A stretch of 64,000 bases of DNA, taken from the NCBI GenBank assembly GCA_017856435.1, contig JAFMFB010000008.1, positions 3,959-67,958 on the forward strand, given 5' to 3'. This DNA comes from Burkholderiaceae bacterium (lineage in GTDB: Bacteria; Pseudomonadota; Gammaproteobacteria; Burkholderiales; Burkholderiaceae_C). Positions 10,961-21,113 of this stretch are shown piece by piece. Within the stretch, counting starts at the first letter, position 1; each line of letters begins with the position of its first letter. The notes beneath the pieces were generated by a model that was not told the DNA's origin, searched no databases, and worked only from the letters and a program-made list of their open reading frames with translations. Made by a program: the position numbers and the translations under genes.

Positions 10961-11974
10961 ATGCAAACCCGAAAAATTGGCCCTTTTGAAGTCTCGGCTG
11001 TTAGTCTGGGCTGTATGAACATCTGCCATGCCTATGGCAAACCGCCACCCCCTGAACACGCCCAACGCTTGTTGCTGACGGCTTTGGATCAAGGGGTGAC
11101 CCACTACGATACGGCGGCCATGTATGGGTTTGGCGTCAGTGAGACGATCATCGGCAAAACCCTGTCCAGTCGCCGCAGCGAATTCATGCTGGCCAGCAAG
11201 GGGGGCATGGCTGGGGTGGATGTGGCTGGCGACGGCAAACTGGTTCGTGTGATTGACGGCCGACCTGAAACCCTGCGCCGCAATTGTGAAGACAGTTTGC
11301 GTCGCCTGCAAACAGATGTGATTGACTTGTATTACCTACATCGCTGGGATAAGAAAGTTCCCATTGAGGACAGTGTGGGCGAGTTGTCACGTCTGGTCGA
11401 ACGGGGGCTTATCCGAACGATAGGCCTGAGTGAAGTTTCTGCTGCGACCTTGCGCAAAGCCCATGCCATCCATCCCATCACCGCCTTGCAGACGGAATAC
11501 TCCCTATGGACACGCAACCCGGAAATAGCAGTGCTGCAGGCCTGTCAGGAACTCGGGGTAGCCTTTGTGGCTTTCAGCCCGACAGCGCGGGGTTTCTTGA
11601 CCAGCAGCCCACCTGACATCCGCGCATTGGATCCTAAGGATATTCGCTGCAGCATGCCTAGATTTTCGCCCGACAACTGGTCGGCGAACCTTAAACTTTT
11701 GCCCGCCTTTGAGGCGCTGTCTCAAGCAGCAGCTTGTACACCTGCTCAATTGGCCATCGCTTGGGTACTTCATCAGGCAAAACACATCATCGCATTGCCC
11801 GGAACCACGAGCCTGGAGCACTTGAAGGAGGACATCGGCGCAGCTGATGTCAGCTTGTCGGAGGAAATCTTGACCCGCGTGGGACGTCTCGTCAATCAAG
11901 ACACGGTTGTCGGAAGCCGATACAGCGCGCAGAGCAACAGCGAAGTTGATACCGAGGTCTTTACACATGTCTAA
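10961..11974 (+). CDS. Aldo/keto reductase
   Basis: LGCMNICHAYG, YDTAAMYG, DLYYLHRWD and ALQTEYSLW are AKR family motifs. 337 aa. Confidence 0.9.
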   Translation: MQTRKIGPFEVSAVSLGCMNICHAYGKPPPPEHAQRLLLTALDQGVTHYDTAAMYGFGVSETIIGKTLSSRRSEFMLASKGGMAGVDVAGDGKLVRVIDGRPETLRRNCEDSLRRLQTDVIDLYYLHRWDKKVPIEDSVGELSRLVERGLIRTIGLSEVSAATLRKAHAIHPITALQTEYSLWTRNPEIAVLQACQELGVAFVAFSPTARGFLTSSPPDIRALDPKDIRCSMPRFSPDNWSANLKLLPAFEALSQAAACTPAQLAIAWVLHQAKHIIALPGTTSLEHLKEDIGAADVSLSEEILTRVGRLVNQDTVVGSRYSAQSNSEVDTEVFTHV

Positions 11975-12692
11975 TACCCTCATGCTGTTGCCTGGTCTGA
12001 ATTGTGATGCGGCGGTGTGGGACCCTCAGGTGCAAGTCCTGTGCAAACACACAAACTGTGTTGTGCCGGCATGGGGCGTGCGAGATACGCTGACCAGCAT
12101 GGCGCAACAGGTACTGGATGAAGCGCCAACGGAATCTTTTTCGATGGCAGGGCATTCCATGGGGGGTCGTGTCGCTCTGGAAGTCATGCGCCTGGCACCA
12201 CAGCGGGTAGAACGAGTGGCTTTGTTGAGCACCGGGACCCACCGGTTGGCTGACGGTCAAGCCGGCGAGAAGGAGAAAGCCGGCCGCATGGCCTTGCTGA
12301 AAATAGCCCGGGAGGAGGGGATGCGGGCCATGGCCAAGCAATGGGCCCGCGGCATGGTCCATCCAGATCGCCTGGATACACCATTGTTCTCCGCTGTGCT
12401 GGATATGTTGGAGCGTGGAAGCCCGCAACAGTTTGCGGCACAGATCAACGCTTTGTTGAACCGACCGGATGCGGGGCACTTGTTGGCAAAAATTCAGTGC
12501 CCAACTTTAGTGCTGACGGGTCGTGAAGATAGCTGGAGTGGTCCTGCCCAGCATGAAGTGATGGCTGCGGCGATCAGCCAATCGCACTTGACTATCGTTG
12601 AACACTGTGGCCACATGTGCACTATGGAGGAGCCCAAGGCAGTCAGTGACGCGTTGGTCAAATGGTTGGATCAGCCAGTCAGATTGACCTGA
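11967..12692 (+). CDS. Alpha/beta hydrolase fold protein
   Basis: Nucleophile elbow GHSMGG, and HCGHM near the C-terminus. The ATG at 11967 overlaps the AKR stop by 8 nt, which suggests translational coupling. Confidence 0.85.
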   Translation: MSNTLMLLPGLNCDAAVWDPQVQVLCKHTNCVVPAWGVRDTLTSMAQQVLDEAPTESFSMAGHSMGGRVALEVMRLAPQRVERVALLSTGTHRLADGQAGEKEKAGRMALLKIAREEGMRAMAKQWARGMVHPDRLDTPLFSAVLDMLERGSPQQFAAQINALLNRPDAGHLLAKIQCPTLVLTGREDSWSGPAQHEVMAAAISQSHLTIVEHCGHMCTMEEPKAVSDALVKWLDQPVRLT

Positions 12693-12693
12693 A

Positions 12694-13767
12694 TCACTGA
12701 TGCGTGGGGGATGGAGCCAGTGTGCCCGTCAGATGAAGCGTTTGCGTCGGAAAAGCAAACTCGATTCCTCGCTCATTGAAGATCTGCAAAAGCTGTAAAT
12801 TGATTGCCTGCTGGGCATCCATATAGGCAGCGTAGTCCGGGCTGAGCACATAGTAGACCGCCTCAAAATCCAGCGATGACGGACCAAAGCTCTTGAAATG
12901 AGCCCGCTCAAACCGCACGCCAGGCTGGGCTTCAATGGTGGCTCGAATCAGTCCCGGGATCTTTGCAACTTCCTCATGGGGTGTGTCATAGGTCACGCCG
13001 AGGGTGAACAGGGCGCGTCGTTCCTCCATCCGTTTGTAATTGCGGATCCGGCTTTTGAGGAGGTCATTGTTGGAGAAGATGATTTGCTCACCATTAAGGC
13101 TTCGAATTCGGGTGGTCTTGAGTCCAACATGTTCGACTTTTCCCACAAGATCGTCGACCACAATCGAGTCACCGATGACAAATGGCTTGTCAACTGCAAT
13201 TGACAGTGAGGCAAACAAGTCTCCGAGAATATTCTGCACGGCCAATGCCACGGCAACGCCACCAATGCCCATGCTGGCAACCAGCGCAGTCACATTCATG
13301 CCCAGGTTATCCAGTATCAGCAGGATGACCAAACTCCATAAGATGACCCGACCCAGAAAAGACAACAGGGAATAAGTCATTGCATGGGCGCCATCCACAT
13401 TGGACTTGTCCGGCATGAATCTTTGAGTCAACCAGAAGTCAAGAACTTGACCCGCCCATAAGCCCGATTGCATGAGCAGGAGTACAAGGAAGACACGGTC
13501 AACCAGTTTCACTGACGCTGTGGAAAGCTGCAGGAATTGCATGGCGATGTAGATGCCGATTGCGGCCGACAGCAAGATACGGGTGGCAGAGATCACGGCA
13601 ATGAACAGCTGACCGGCCATATTGTCCGGGCGATGCATTCGAGTCAGACGCCGTAATACCAAACGTCTGATGAGCTCAAAGATCAGCATGCTGATCAGCA
13701 GCGCACCAAGCGCAAATAACCAGTTCTGAGTGGTGTTGGTGCTTAAAAATTGATGGAGAAAATTCAT
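12694..13767 (-). CDS. Mechanosensitive ion channel (MscS family) protein
   Basis: Several N-terminal transmembrane helices, then NILGDLFASLSIAVDKPFVIGDSIVV and a beta-domain typical of MscS. Confidence 0.9.
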   Translation of the reverse strand: MNFLHQFLSTNTTQNWLFALGALLISMLIFELIRRLVLRRLTRMHRPDNMAGQLFIAVISATRILLSAAIGIYIAMQFLQLSTASVKLVDRVFLVLLLMQSGLWAGQVLDFWLTQRFMPDKSNVDGAHAMTYSLLSFLGRVILWSLVILLILDNLGMNVTALVASMGIGGVAVALAVQNILGDLFASLSIAVDKPFVIGDSIVVDDLVGKVEHVGLKTTRIRSLNGEQIIFSNNDLLKSRIRNYKRMEERRALFTLGVTYDTPHEEVAKIPGLIRATIEAQPGVRFERAHFKSFGPSSLDFEAVYYVLSPDYAAYMDAQQAINLQLLQIFNERGIEFAFPTQTLHLTGTLAPSPTHQ

Positions 13768-13881
13768 GGAAAGATGAGAAGGTGCAACTCAACAATTAGT
13801 CTATTGTGACAAATATGATTTAGCCGATGGCAGCCAGGGGTATCCAACAGGATGTACCGCCAGCAAGCTCAGGGCTACGGT

Positions 13882-14796
13882 TTAGTCGCTGGCCGCTTCG
13901 AGGACAGTTCGGGGGCTTTTTTTCTGGCGCGGCAGCATGTAAAGCCCGGCTCCCACCAGCAGCAAAATTCCTGTCCAAGCCAGCAAGTTAGGAGTTTCAT
14001 CCCATATCAGATACCCCAGGAAGAGCGCATAAAGCAGGCTGGTGTATCGAAAGGGCGCAACAACCGAAATTTCTCCGATTCGCATGCTGGCAATCAACAG
14101 GTAATAGGCAGTTGCGATCAGACCGGCAGCAGCTGCCAGCAAACCGAGCTGAAGCACCGAGATGCTCTGCCAACCCTGAACCAGGGACAACAGGCCAGAA
14201 AGCAGCGTGGTGCCCAATGCGGTGGCCAGTGTTATCAGGATGGAAGGGACATGGGCTGGAATAAAGCGTGTGCTGGTATCCCGTAGGGCATGCAGCAAGG
14301 CTGCCGCAACCGCAATCAGTGCATAGAGATTGAAACTATCGGCCGCAGGCTGGATGACCAGTACCACGCCACAAAAGCCAACGACAATGCAGACCCAACG
14401 CACAGTATTGACTTTCTCGCCTAGGGTTGCCATGGCCAATAGTGTGATGAACAGAGGTGTGGCCATGTTGATCGCCGTGGCGTTAGCCAGGGGAAGCTGG
14501 AACAATGCCGTGAGAAAGGTGAGCGTGGCAACGGCATCAAGACTGGTACGCTTAAGAACCGGTTTGAGTCGCAAATAATTCAGGTCACGGGTGGTGCCCA
14601 TCGCGTGGGCAACTGCCAGCAACAACAGGCTGGCCATGACGCTGCGCAGAAATACCAGTTGCATGGATGGGAGGCTCTGGCTGACAAACTTTACCAAGGC
14701 ATCATTTCCAACGAAGGCAGCCGTTGAACTGCTCATGAGCAAAATGCCACGCCGGGTTGCAGAGCTTTGATCGGCCTGGAGGGGAGAAGTCGACAT
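13882..14796 (-). CDS. DMT superfamily (EamA-like) transporter
   Basis: About 10 predicted transmembrane segments in two EamA-like halves. 304 aa. Confidence 0.85.
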   Translation of the reverse strand: MSTSPLQADQSSATRRGILLMSSSTAAFVGNDALVKFVSQSLPSMQLVFLRSVMASLLLLAVAHAMGTTRDLNYLRLKPVLKRTSLDAVATLTFLTALFQLPLANATAINMATPLFITLLAMATLGEKVNTVRWVCIVVGFCGVVLVIQPAADSFNLYALIAVAAALLHALRDTSTRFIPAHVPSILITLATALGTTLLSGLLSLVQGWQSISVLQLGLLAAAAGLIATAYYLLIASMRIGEISVVAPFRYTSLLYALFLGYLIWDETPNLLAWTGILLLVGAGLYMLPRQKKSPRTVLEAASD

Positions 14797-14866
14797 GCGG
14801 ACATTCTATTGAGTACGATCGATACAATTTGATAGAACAACAGCCTGACCAAAATATTTTTCAATC

Positions 14867-15217
14867 ATGAGCGCAGACCTGCAAAAGCTAAACCTCGCCT
14901 TGCGTGATTTCGCTCAGGCCAGGGATTGGGCGCAGTTTCATTCGCCCAAGAACCTCGCTTGTGCCTTGTCGGTGGAAGCTGCGGAGTTACTGGAACATTT
15001 TCAGTGGCTGACCGATGCCCAGAGTCAGCAGCTTTCGACGCAGAAAAAAGAACTGGTTGAGCAGGAGGCGGCCGATGTCCTGCTCTATCTTCTGCAACTG
15101 TGCGACAAGCTGGATATTGACCTAATGGCAGCTGCCCAGGCCAAGCTGCTGGTCAATGCTGAAAAGTACCCTGTCCATCAGGCCCGCGGCAACAGCAAAA
15201 AATACAACGAGCGATGA
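14867..15217 (+). CDS. MazG-like nucleotide pyrophosphohydrolase
   Basis: 116 aa. FAQARDWAQFHSPKNL..ALSVEAAELLEHFQW and EEAADVLLYLL are typical of the small MazG/YpjD-type family. Confidence 0.8.
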   Translation: MSADLQKLNLALRDFAQARDWAQFHSPKNLACALSVEAAELLEHFQWLTDAQSQQLSTQKKELVEQEAADVLLYLLQLCDKLDIDLMAAAQAKLLVNAEKYPVHQARGNSKKYNER

Positions 15218-15277
15218 GCTTGCCCTGCCAATCAGCTTTGTCCGCAACTTGGTTCAGGGCCATTTAGAAGCGTAAAT

Positions 15278-16252
15278 ATGTCGATTCAGTGGTTTCCCGG
15301 TCATATGCACCTGACTCGACAAGCCATTGTCGCCCGGGTCAAGGCCATTGATGTGGTCATTGAGATGCTGGATGCGCGTCTTCCCGGCTCCAGTGCCAAT
15401 CCTTTGCTGGCGGAGCTGACCAGCCGTCGGCCTACCCTCAAGGTGCTCAACAAACAGGATCTGGCAGATCCGGAGCGAACCAGGCTGTGGCTGGACCATT
15501 TCAACCGACAGCCCGGCGTGCGCGCAATTGCCCTGGACACCACTGAACCAGCTGCCGTGCAACGCCTGATTGCGCCTTGTCATGTGCTGGCACCGCAGCG
15601 TGGGGGCATGCTCAAGCCGATGCGTGTGCTCATCTGCGGCATTCCCAATGTGGGCAAGTCCACTCTGATTAACCGTCTCGTGGGTAAGCGGGTCACCAAG
15701 GCAGCGGACGAGGCCGGTGTCACCCGAGCGGAGCAACGCATCGCGCTGGCAGATGATTTTTATCTGTTTGACACCCCGGGTCTGCTTTGGCCCCGGATCA
15801 TCGTGGCCCAGAGCGGCTACAACCTGGCGGCCAGCGGGGCGGTGGGGCGCAACGCTTTTGATGATGAGGAGGTGGCGCTGGAATTGCTGCTATACCTGCA
15901 ATCGCATTACCCCGGGCTGCTGGCAGAGCGCTACAAACTGGATATTCAGCAGGTGCCGGCCATGACCGATGAGAACCTGCTGCAGGCGATCGGCCAACAT
16001 AGGGGCGCTTTGGTGGCCGGGGCCAAGGTGAATGTCCAGAAGGCTGCCGAACTGCTCATCCACGATTTCCGGACCGGGGCGCTGGGCCGAATCACGCTCG
16101 AAACGCCTGAAGAATTTGCGCAGTGGCTGGCTGAGGGTAAAAAGCTGGATGCGCAGCGTCAACTTCGCAAGGATGAATTGGCCAGCAAGGGTTTGATTCG
16201 ACTCAGGAAAGCGCTGCCCAAGGCTATTGCCAGAAAAAAACGCGCTGTTTGA
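15278..16252 (+). CDS. rbgA: Ribosome biogenesis GTPase YlqF/RbgA (circularly permuted GTPase)
   Basis: MSIQWFPGHM..., LNKQDLAD (G4) precedes GIPNVGKST (G1) and DTPG (G3). This is the permuted G-motif order. Confidence 0.9.
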   Translation: MSIQWFPGHMHLTRQAIVARVKAIDVVIEMLDARLPGSSANPLLAELTSRRPTLKVLNKQDLADPERTRLWLDHFNRQPGVRAIALDTTEPAAVQRLIAPCHVLAPQRGGMLKPMRVLICGIPNVGKSTLINRLVGKRVTKAADEAGVTRAEQRIALADDFYLFDTPGLLWPRIIVAQSGYNLAASGAVGRNAFDDEEVALELLLYLQSHYPGLLAERYKLDIQQVPAMTDENLLQAIGQHRGALVAGAKVNVQKAAELLIHDFRTGALGRITLETPEEFAQWLAEGKKLDAQRQLRKDELASKGLIRLRKALPKAIARKKRAV

Positions 16253-16265
16253 CGGTGTGAACAGG

Positions 16266-17135
16266 TCATAGCAGCAGCGCGGCCAATCCACCTTCCGGTT
16301 CGAAGCGTTGCTGGCGGTGGTACAAACGAGTCGGGCCAGGCAGAGCGCGCGTGGCCACCGAATGATGGGGGTCTCCGGGATAGGTCAGCACTCGGGTACC
16401 GTCTTGAGTGAAAGGCTCCGGTTCGATCAGGGGCGGAAGTCTCTGGCTTGCTTCCTGCAAAACGCTGGCTACGCTGGCATGGCGTGCCAGATGCGCCAAA
16501 CTCATGATCTGAGGCGGGGCCAGATCGATCTGCCGGTCCCAGTAGTCCTGCAAGGCGGCTCTGGGGGTACGCCATATGCTATGGGTGGTTTCCAGGTTGT
16601 CGTGGCTGGCGACCTGGCCGGTGGGCACAGCCGCTACAAAAAATCGTGTGTCGAAACGCTGCCGGCTGACCGAGGGCATGCGTGGCGTAATCCAGCGGGA
16701 CCAGGGTAGCACCCCGCTGGTTGATAGACGAAGCGAGAGCTGGTTCAACACCCTGCCAAATGACTCTCCTGCGCGAAGCAGTTCAGTAGCCTGACTGAGC
16801 TGCTCTTGCGCAGCATCGACCGCAAACAGGACCCCAGATTCTTCAAATGCTTCGCGGAGTGCTGCGACATAAAGACTTGCGGCTACTTCAACAGACAGTT
16901 CAGGTTCTCCCAGCGCGTGGTGCAAAACCTGGCTGGCGCGGTCAAGCTGATTGGCCAAATCTGCATCAGCTTTATCAAGCTTGCCACCTGGAAAGACATA
17001 AGCGCCACCGAGTACGGCCGAGTCGGTGTGACGTTTGAGCAAGAATACTTCCAGCCCTTGCGATGTGTCTCGCAGCATGACTACAGTTGCAGCATCCCGG
17101 GGCGGTGCGGTAACGATTTCTGAATTGAGTTCCAT
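16266..17135 (-). CDS. NUDIX-family hydrolase
   Basis: VFPGGKLD...ALREAFEESGV resembles the Nudix box GX5EX7REUXEEXGU. 289 aa. Confidence 0.75.
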   Translation of the reverse strand: MELNSEIVTAPPRDAATVVMLRDTSQGLEVFLLKRHTDSAVLGGAYVFPGGKLDKADADLANQLDRASQVLHHALGEPELSVEVAASLYVAALREAFEESGVLFAVDAAQEQLSQATELLRAGESFGRVLNQLSLRLSTSGVLPWSRWITPRMPSVSRQRFDTRFFVAAVPTGQVASHDNLETTHSIWRTPRAALQDYWDRQIDLAPPQIMSLAHLARHASVASVLQEASQRLPPLIEPEPFTQDGTRVLTYPGDPHHSVATRALPGPTRLYHRQQRFEPEGGLAALLL

Positions 17136-17304
17136 AACCTACTTGTTGATTTCAGCTTTGTCGGAAATCGAAAAAGCCTAGGGTTACGACTATGCCATGT
17201 TCGCTGGCTTGCCCCAATTCCTGGAAAGTAATGTGTCTCAAATTGCGCGGCAGCTATGGTTCGAAGGCCACTATATTTGAACAAATAAAAATTTCAGGCG
17301 TACG

Positions 17305-19281
17305 ATGCTGATCTTGGGCAACAAGTCCAGTCTCATATCTATCGCTTCTCCAATGAAATTGTTGTCCCAAGCTTGGATCATTGCTCGAATCGAGGTTTCG
17401 ATTTTCCTGCGCTTTTCAAGGATGCGGTGGGCAGCGCTGATCGCTGCACTCGTCCCCGGTCTGTATGTGCTGTTGTATCTCTCCAGCCTATGGGATCCGG
17501 CAGCCCATACGGATCAGCTGCCCGTGGCATTGGTTAACCTGGATCGAGGTTTGGTCCACGGCAAGCAGGACCTTAATGTGGGACAGGAAGTTGTTGACCG
17601 TCTCAAAATCAAAAAAACCTTTGGCTACCGTGACCTAAATGATGAGACGTTGGCGCGTCAGATGGTCAGGCAGGGTCAGCTTGCCTTTGCTTTGATCATT
17701 CCCCCCGAATTCAGTCTGAATGCACTCCCTGGCCTCCAGCATGGCGCTGGAAAGTTGGTGCTCTATGTTTCTGAGGGTAATAGTTACCAGAGCGCTACTC
17801 TGGCTCGCCGGTTTGCACAGGACCTCGGTCATGAGGTTAACGAAAGCCTCAATGAGCAGCGCTGGGAACTGGTATTGCAAAAGGAAATGGGGTCACTGGA
17901 CACGCTGGAATTGCTGCGCCAGGGCGTTGCCCAACTACGGACCGGTTCTCTGGCGCTTTTCGAAGGCACTGCAAAAGCGTCTGACGGCGCCCATTCGCTG
18001 GCATTGGCCAGTGAGCAACTGGATAGTAGCGTCCAGCAGATGACCGGTGGTATCAAGGACCTGCGCAGCGGTTTACAGGCCGTGGAAGGCCGCTTGCCTG
18101 CAGCATCCCAACTCAATCAACTCAACGACGGTGCTCAGGCCCTGGTTTCTGGCCACCGCGAACTTGCCGGCGGCTTGCGTGAACTCGCTATTGGTTCTCA
18201 GAGTTTAAAGGAGGGCGTATCCAGGTACCATGAAGAGGCAAAGTCGAGCTTGTTTGTGACTGCGCAGGTTAGCGAAGGCCTGGAAAAAATGGTGGAGGGC
18301 ACCTCGCAATTGAGCAATGGAGTCCAGGCTGCTCAGGCTGCTCAAGGAAATTTATCCGAGGGTGCAGTTCGCTTGGGGCAAGGAATTGCAATGCTTGGCA
18401 CGGGTGTGCAGCAAGCAGGTGATAACTTGCGTACGGTGCTGGCGCGACTTCCTCAGGACAGCCAATTACAGGAACTGACAACAGCGAGCGTCCGACTGGC
18501 TACTGGAGTTGGTTCATTGGCAGAGGCCAGCGCGAATATTCATGCCGGTTCTCAGCAGGTTAACGCTGGCATCAGTGTGCTGATAGAGACCTTGCCTGAT
18601 ACCTTGGACCGTCTGGAAGGCAGCCCCCAGGGCCTGGCTCAGTCCGTCACTCCGGAAATCGAAGCCGTCGCGGCTGTCCAAAACAACGGCAGCGGGTTTG
18701 CGCCCAACATCATTCCTGTGGCCCTATGGTTGGGAGCTGGCGTGGCTGTCTTTCTGGTCAGGCTTCGTGAGTTGCCCCGCCAGGCTATTCACTTTGGTCG
18801 CACGGCACGTATGTTGGGCAAGGTGGCCTGCCCGGTGCTGCTGGTGATCACACAAGCCATGGTTGTTTTGTTGGTGATTCAGTTGCTGGGCATAAAGATT
18901 GCGCATCCTGGTGCGCTCTTGCTAACCTTAATGGTTTCCGTGCTGGGCTTCCTGATGATTGTGATTGCCCTCACACGTGCCCTTGGCGATGTGGGGACGG
19001 CCCTGGCGATGTTATTGCTGGCCATCCAACTCACCTCATCGGGTGGTTTGTTACCCATCGAGCTCAGCGCAGGCCCCTTCGCTGCAATCAGCCCTTGGCT
19101 CCCAATGACCTGGGTGGTCCACGCGCTCAAGGCTGCCATGTTTGACGCCTTCAATGGCCAATGGCAGGCCCCACTGTTACAGGTGATGCTGGCTGCGGGT
19201 ATGGCTTTCGTCATGGCCAGTTGGTTCGGGAATTGGCGTTTTGTAAGGCCTTCAAACGCAAGGCCAGCACTGAATTTGTAG
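17305..19281 (+). CDS. YhgE/Pip domain membrane protein (ABC-2 type permease-like, with a long extracytoplasmic helical repeat region)
   Basis: One N-terminal transmembrane helix, a repetitive alpha-helical middle (LRTGSLAL..GAHSLA..., LVSGHRELAGGLRELAIGSQSLKEG...), and a C-terminal cluster of 5 transmembrane helices. The start could instead be the ATG at 17353 (MKLLSQAW). Confidence 0.8.
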   Translation: MLILGNKSSLISIASPMKLLSQAWIIARIEVSIFLRFSRMRWAALIAALVPGLYVLLYLSSLWDPAAHTDQLPVALVNLDRGLVHGKQDLNVGQEVVDRLKIKKTFGYRDLNDETLARQMVRQGQLAFALIIPPEFSLNALPGLQHGAGKLVLYVSEGNSYQSATLARRFAQDLGHEVNESLNEQRWELVLQKEMGSLDTLELLRQGVAQLRTGSLALFEGTAKASDGAHSLALASEQLDSSVQQMTGGIKDLRSGLQAVEGRLPAASQLNQLNDGAQALVSGHRELAGGLRELAIGSQSLKEGVSRYHEEAKSSLFVTAQVSEGLEKMVEGTSQLSNGVQAAQAAQGNLSEGAVRLGQGIAMLGTGVQQAGDNLRTVLARLPQDSQLQELTTASVRLATGVGSLAEASANIHAGSQQVNAGISVLIETLPDTLDRLEGSPQGLAQSVTPEIEAVAAVQNNGSGFAPNIIPVALWLGAGVAVFLVRLRELPRQAIHFGRTARMLGKVACPVLLVITQAMVVLLVIQLLGIKIAHPGALLLTLMVSVLGFLMIVIALTRALGDVGTALAMLLLAIQLTSSGGLLPIELSAGPFAAISPWLPMTWVVHALKAAMFDAFNGQWQAPLLQVMLAAGMAFVMASWFGNWRFVRPSNARPALNL

Positions 19282-19309
19282 TGGGTTTGGCAGCCCACCA
19301 GGCCACTTT

Positions 19310-19936
19310 TCATACCGCAGGCAGCGCCTGGCCCCAGTAATGGAAGGTGAAAGGCTTGGGGCCTGGCAGATAGCCAGAGTTGGGCACAAGCCAGACAAAG
19401 CCGGCCGCTTTCAAGAGGCTGGGAATGTCCCTGGAGAGCTGACAGCCACCCGCCAGGGGTCCCCATACGCCCTGTAGTCTGTGCTGCCAACGACGCACAG
19501 ACGCATCCGGGGCGAGTCCATGTTCGCAGAAAAGGAGTTGCCCATCGGCGCGCAGGACGCGTCGCATTTCCGCTAACGCTGACAGGGGGTCAGGGATGGA
19601 GCACAGGGTGTAGGTGCAGACCACGCTGTCAAAACTGGCGTCGGGCTGCGCAATCCTTTGGGCGGACATGCCCAGCAACTCAACCGGCAATCCCGATGCT
19701 TCAATCCGCTTTCTGGCCAGTGGATGAAGATGCATCGCGGGATCAAGGCCCACAATCTGGCTGACACGCGACTTGTCGTAGTGACGCAGGTTCAGGCCAG
19801 TGCCGATTCCCACCTCCAGTACACGCCCCCGGGCCAGCGGAACCACCTTGCTTCGCTGCTGGCTCACCATGGGCATGCCACAGGCCAAGTCCATGACCCG
19901 TGGAAAGATGTAGCGCTCATACCACGAAGGTGTCAT
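19310..19936 (-). CDS. Class I SAM-dependent methyltransferase
   Basis: VLEVGIGTGLN is motif I. The 208-aa length is typical of Methyltransf_11-like proteins. Confidence 0.85.
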   Translation of the reverse strand: MTPSWYERYIFPRVMDLACGMPMVSQQRSKVVPLARGRVLEVGIGTGLNLRHYDKSRVSQIVGLDPAMHLHPLARKRIEASGLPVELLGMSAQRIAQPDASFDSVVCTYTLCSIPDPLSALAEMRRVLRADGQLLFCEHGLAPDASVRRWQHRLQGVWGPLAGGCQLSRDIPSLLKAAGFVWLVPNSGYLPGPKPFTFHYWGQALPAV

Positions 19937-20060
19937 GGGGCCAGTTTCCTCATGGGCAGGGAATACACGGGGTTTCCATGTGGGGCTTCATCCATTAAAT
20001 TCGAGGCTGGTCGTATCGTATGACCTTTTCTCTTTATTCGCTTTAAAAAAGGAAACCACC

Positions 20061-21038
20061 ATGCTGCGCCGACATATTGTTCGTTCTATGGCCGCATTAG
20101 CGGCCGCCGTGACACTGGCCGCTCCAGTGGCTTATGCACAAAGCTATCCGACGCGACCGATCACCATGATTGTGCCTTGGGGTGCTGGTGGGGGGACTGA
20201 TGCCACAGCGCGCATCGTGGCCTCCCTGCTTGAAAAAGAGTTGGGGCAACCGGTGAATGTGGTGAACCGCACTGGGGGTAACGGGGTGGTCGGCCACTCA
20301 GCCATTGCCATGTCACCACCCGACGGCTACACACTCGGCATGATCACCGTTGAAATTTCGATGATGCACTGGGCTGGCCTGACACAGTTGGCCCCCAAGG
20401 ACTACACCCCGATTGCCCTGATGAATCTGGACCCGGCCGGGGTGACCGTACGAGCCGACTCGTCCTACAAGTCTTTGGATGACCTTATCAAGAATGTTCG
20501 CGCCAATCCTGGCAAGTTCAAGGCTTCCGGCACTGGACAAGGAGGTATCTGGCATCTGGCCCTAGCCGGCATGCTCAAAGATCTCAAGCTCGACAACAGT
20601 GCTGTCCCCTGGGTGCCCTCCAATGGCGCCGCTCCGGCTATGGCCGATCTGGTGGCTGGGGGAATTGAATTTGTCACCTGTTCCTTGCCTGAGGCGCGAG
20701 CCATGATTGATGCCGGCAAGGCGCGCCCCCTGGCTGTCATGTCTAACCAGGCTGCCGCATTGTTTCCCAATGTGCCGACTCTGAAGGCAGCTGCCGGCAG
20801 TGACTGGATGATTGGTGCCTGGCGCGGTGTAGCTGCGCCCAAGGGCTTGCCAGCTGATATCACTGCCAAGTTGGGTGTGGCCATGAAAAAAATCTATGAC
20901 AGCAAGGAGTATCAGGGCTTTATGGCCAGCCGTGGATTTGGCACCATTTACGCTGACGCCAAGGGCTTTGAGCAGTTCATGGCCAAGGGGGATGCCGATA
21001 TGGGCAATGTGATGAAGTCACTGGGCTTGGCCAAATAG
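20061..21038 (+). CDS. tctC: Tripartite tricarboxylate transporter substrate-binding protein (Bug/TctC), first gene of tctCBA
   Basis: Signal peptide ending AYAQSYPTRPITMIVPWGAGGGTD. It is immediately followed by tctB- and tctA-like genes. Confidence 0.9.
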   Translation: MLRRHIVRSMAALAAAVTLAAPVAYAQSYPTRPITMIVPWGAGGGTDATARIVASLLEKELGQPVNVVNRTGGNGVVGHSAIAMSPPDGYTLGMITVEISMMHWAGLTQLAPKDYTPIALMNLDPAGVTVRADSSYKSLDDLIKNVRANPGKFKASGTGQGGIWHLALAGMLKDLKLDNSAVPWVPSNGAAPAMADLVAGGIEFVTCSLPEARAMIDAGKARPLAVMSNQAAALFPNVPTLKAAAGSDWMIGAWRGVAAPKGLPADITAKLGVAMKKIYDSKEYQGFMASRGFGTIYADAKGFEQFMAKGDADMGNVMKSLGLAK

Positions 21039-21113
21039 TTCAAATTTGCAAGTTCCCAGTCAGTGGCGTCGTGTGCAGTCTGCGCCGGCGCCATTTTTTT
21101 TGAAAGGCCCACC

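Noticed and set aside
12690-12696. Convergent alpha/beta hydrolase and MscS genes whose stop codons are separated by a single base (TGA A TCA), with no room for a terminator.
   Set aside because: Tight convergent packing is common in compact bacterial genomes. There is no additional structure to interpret.
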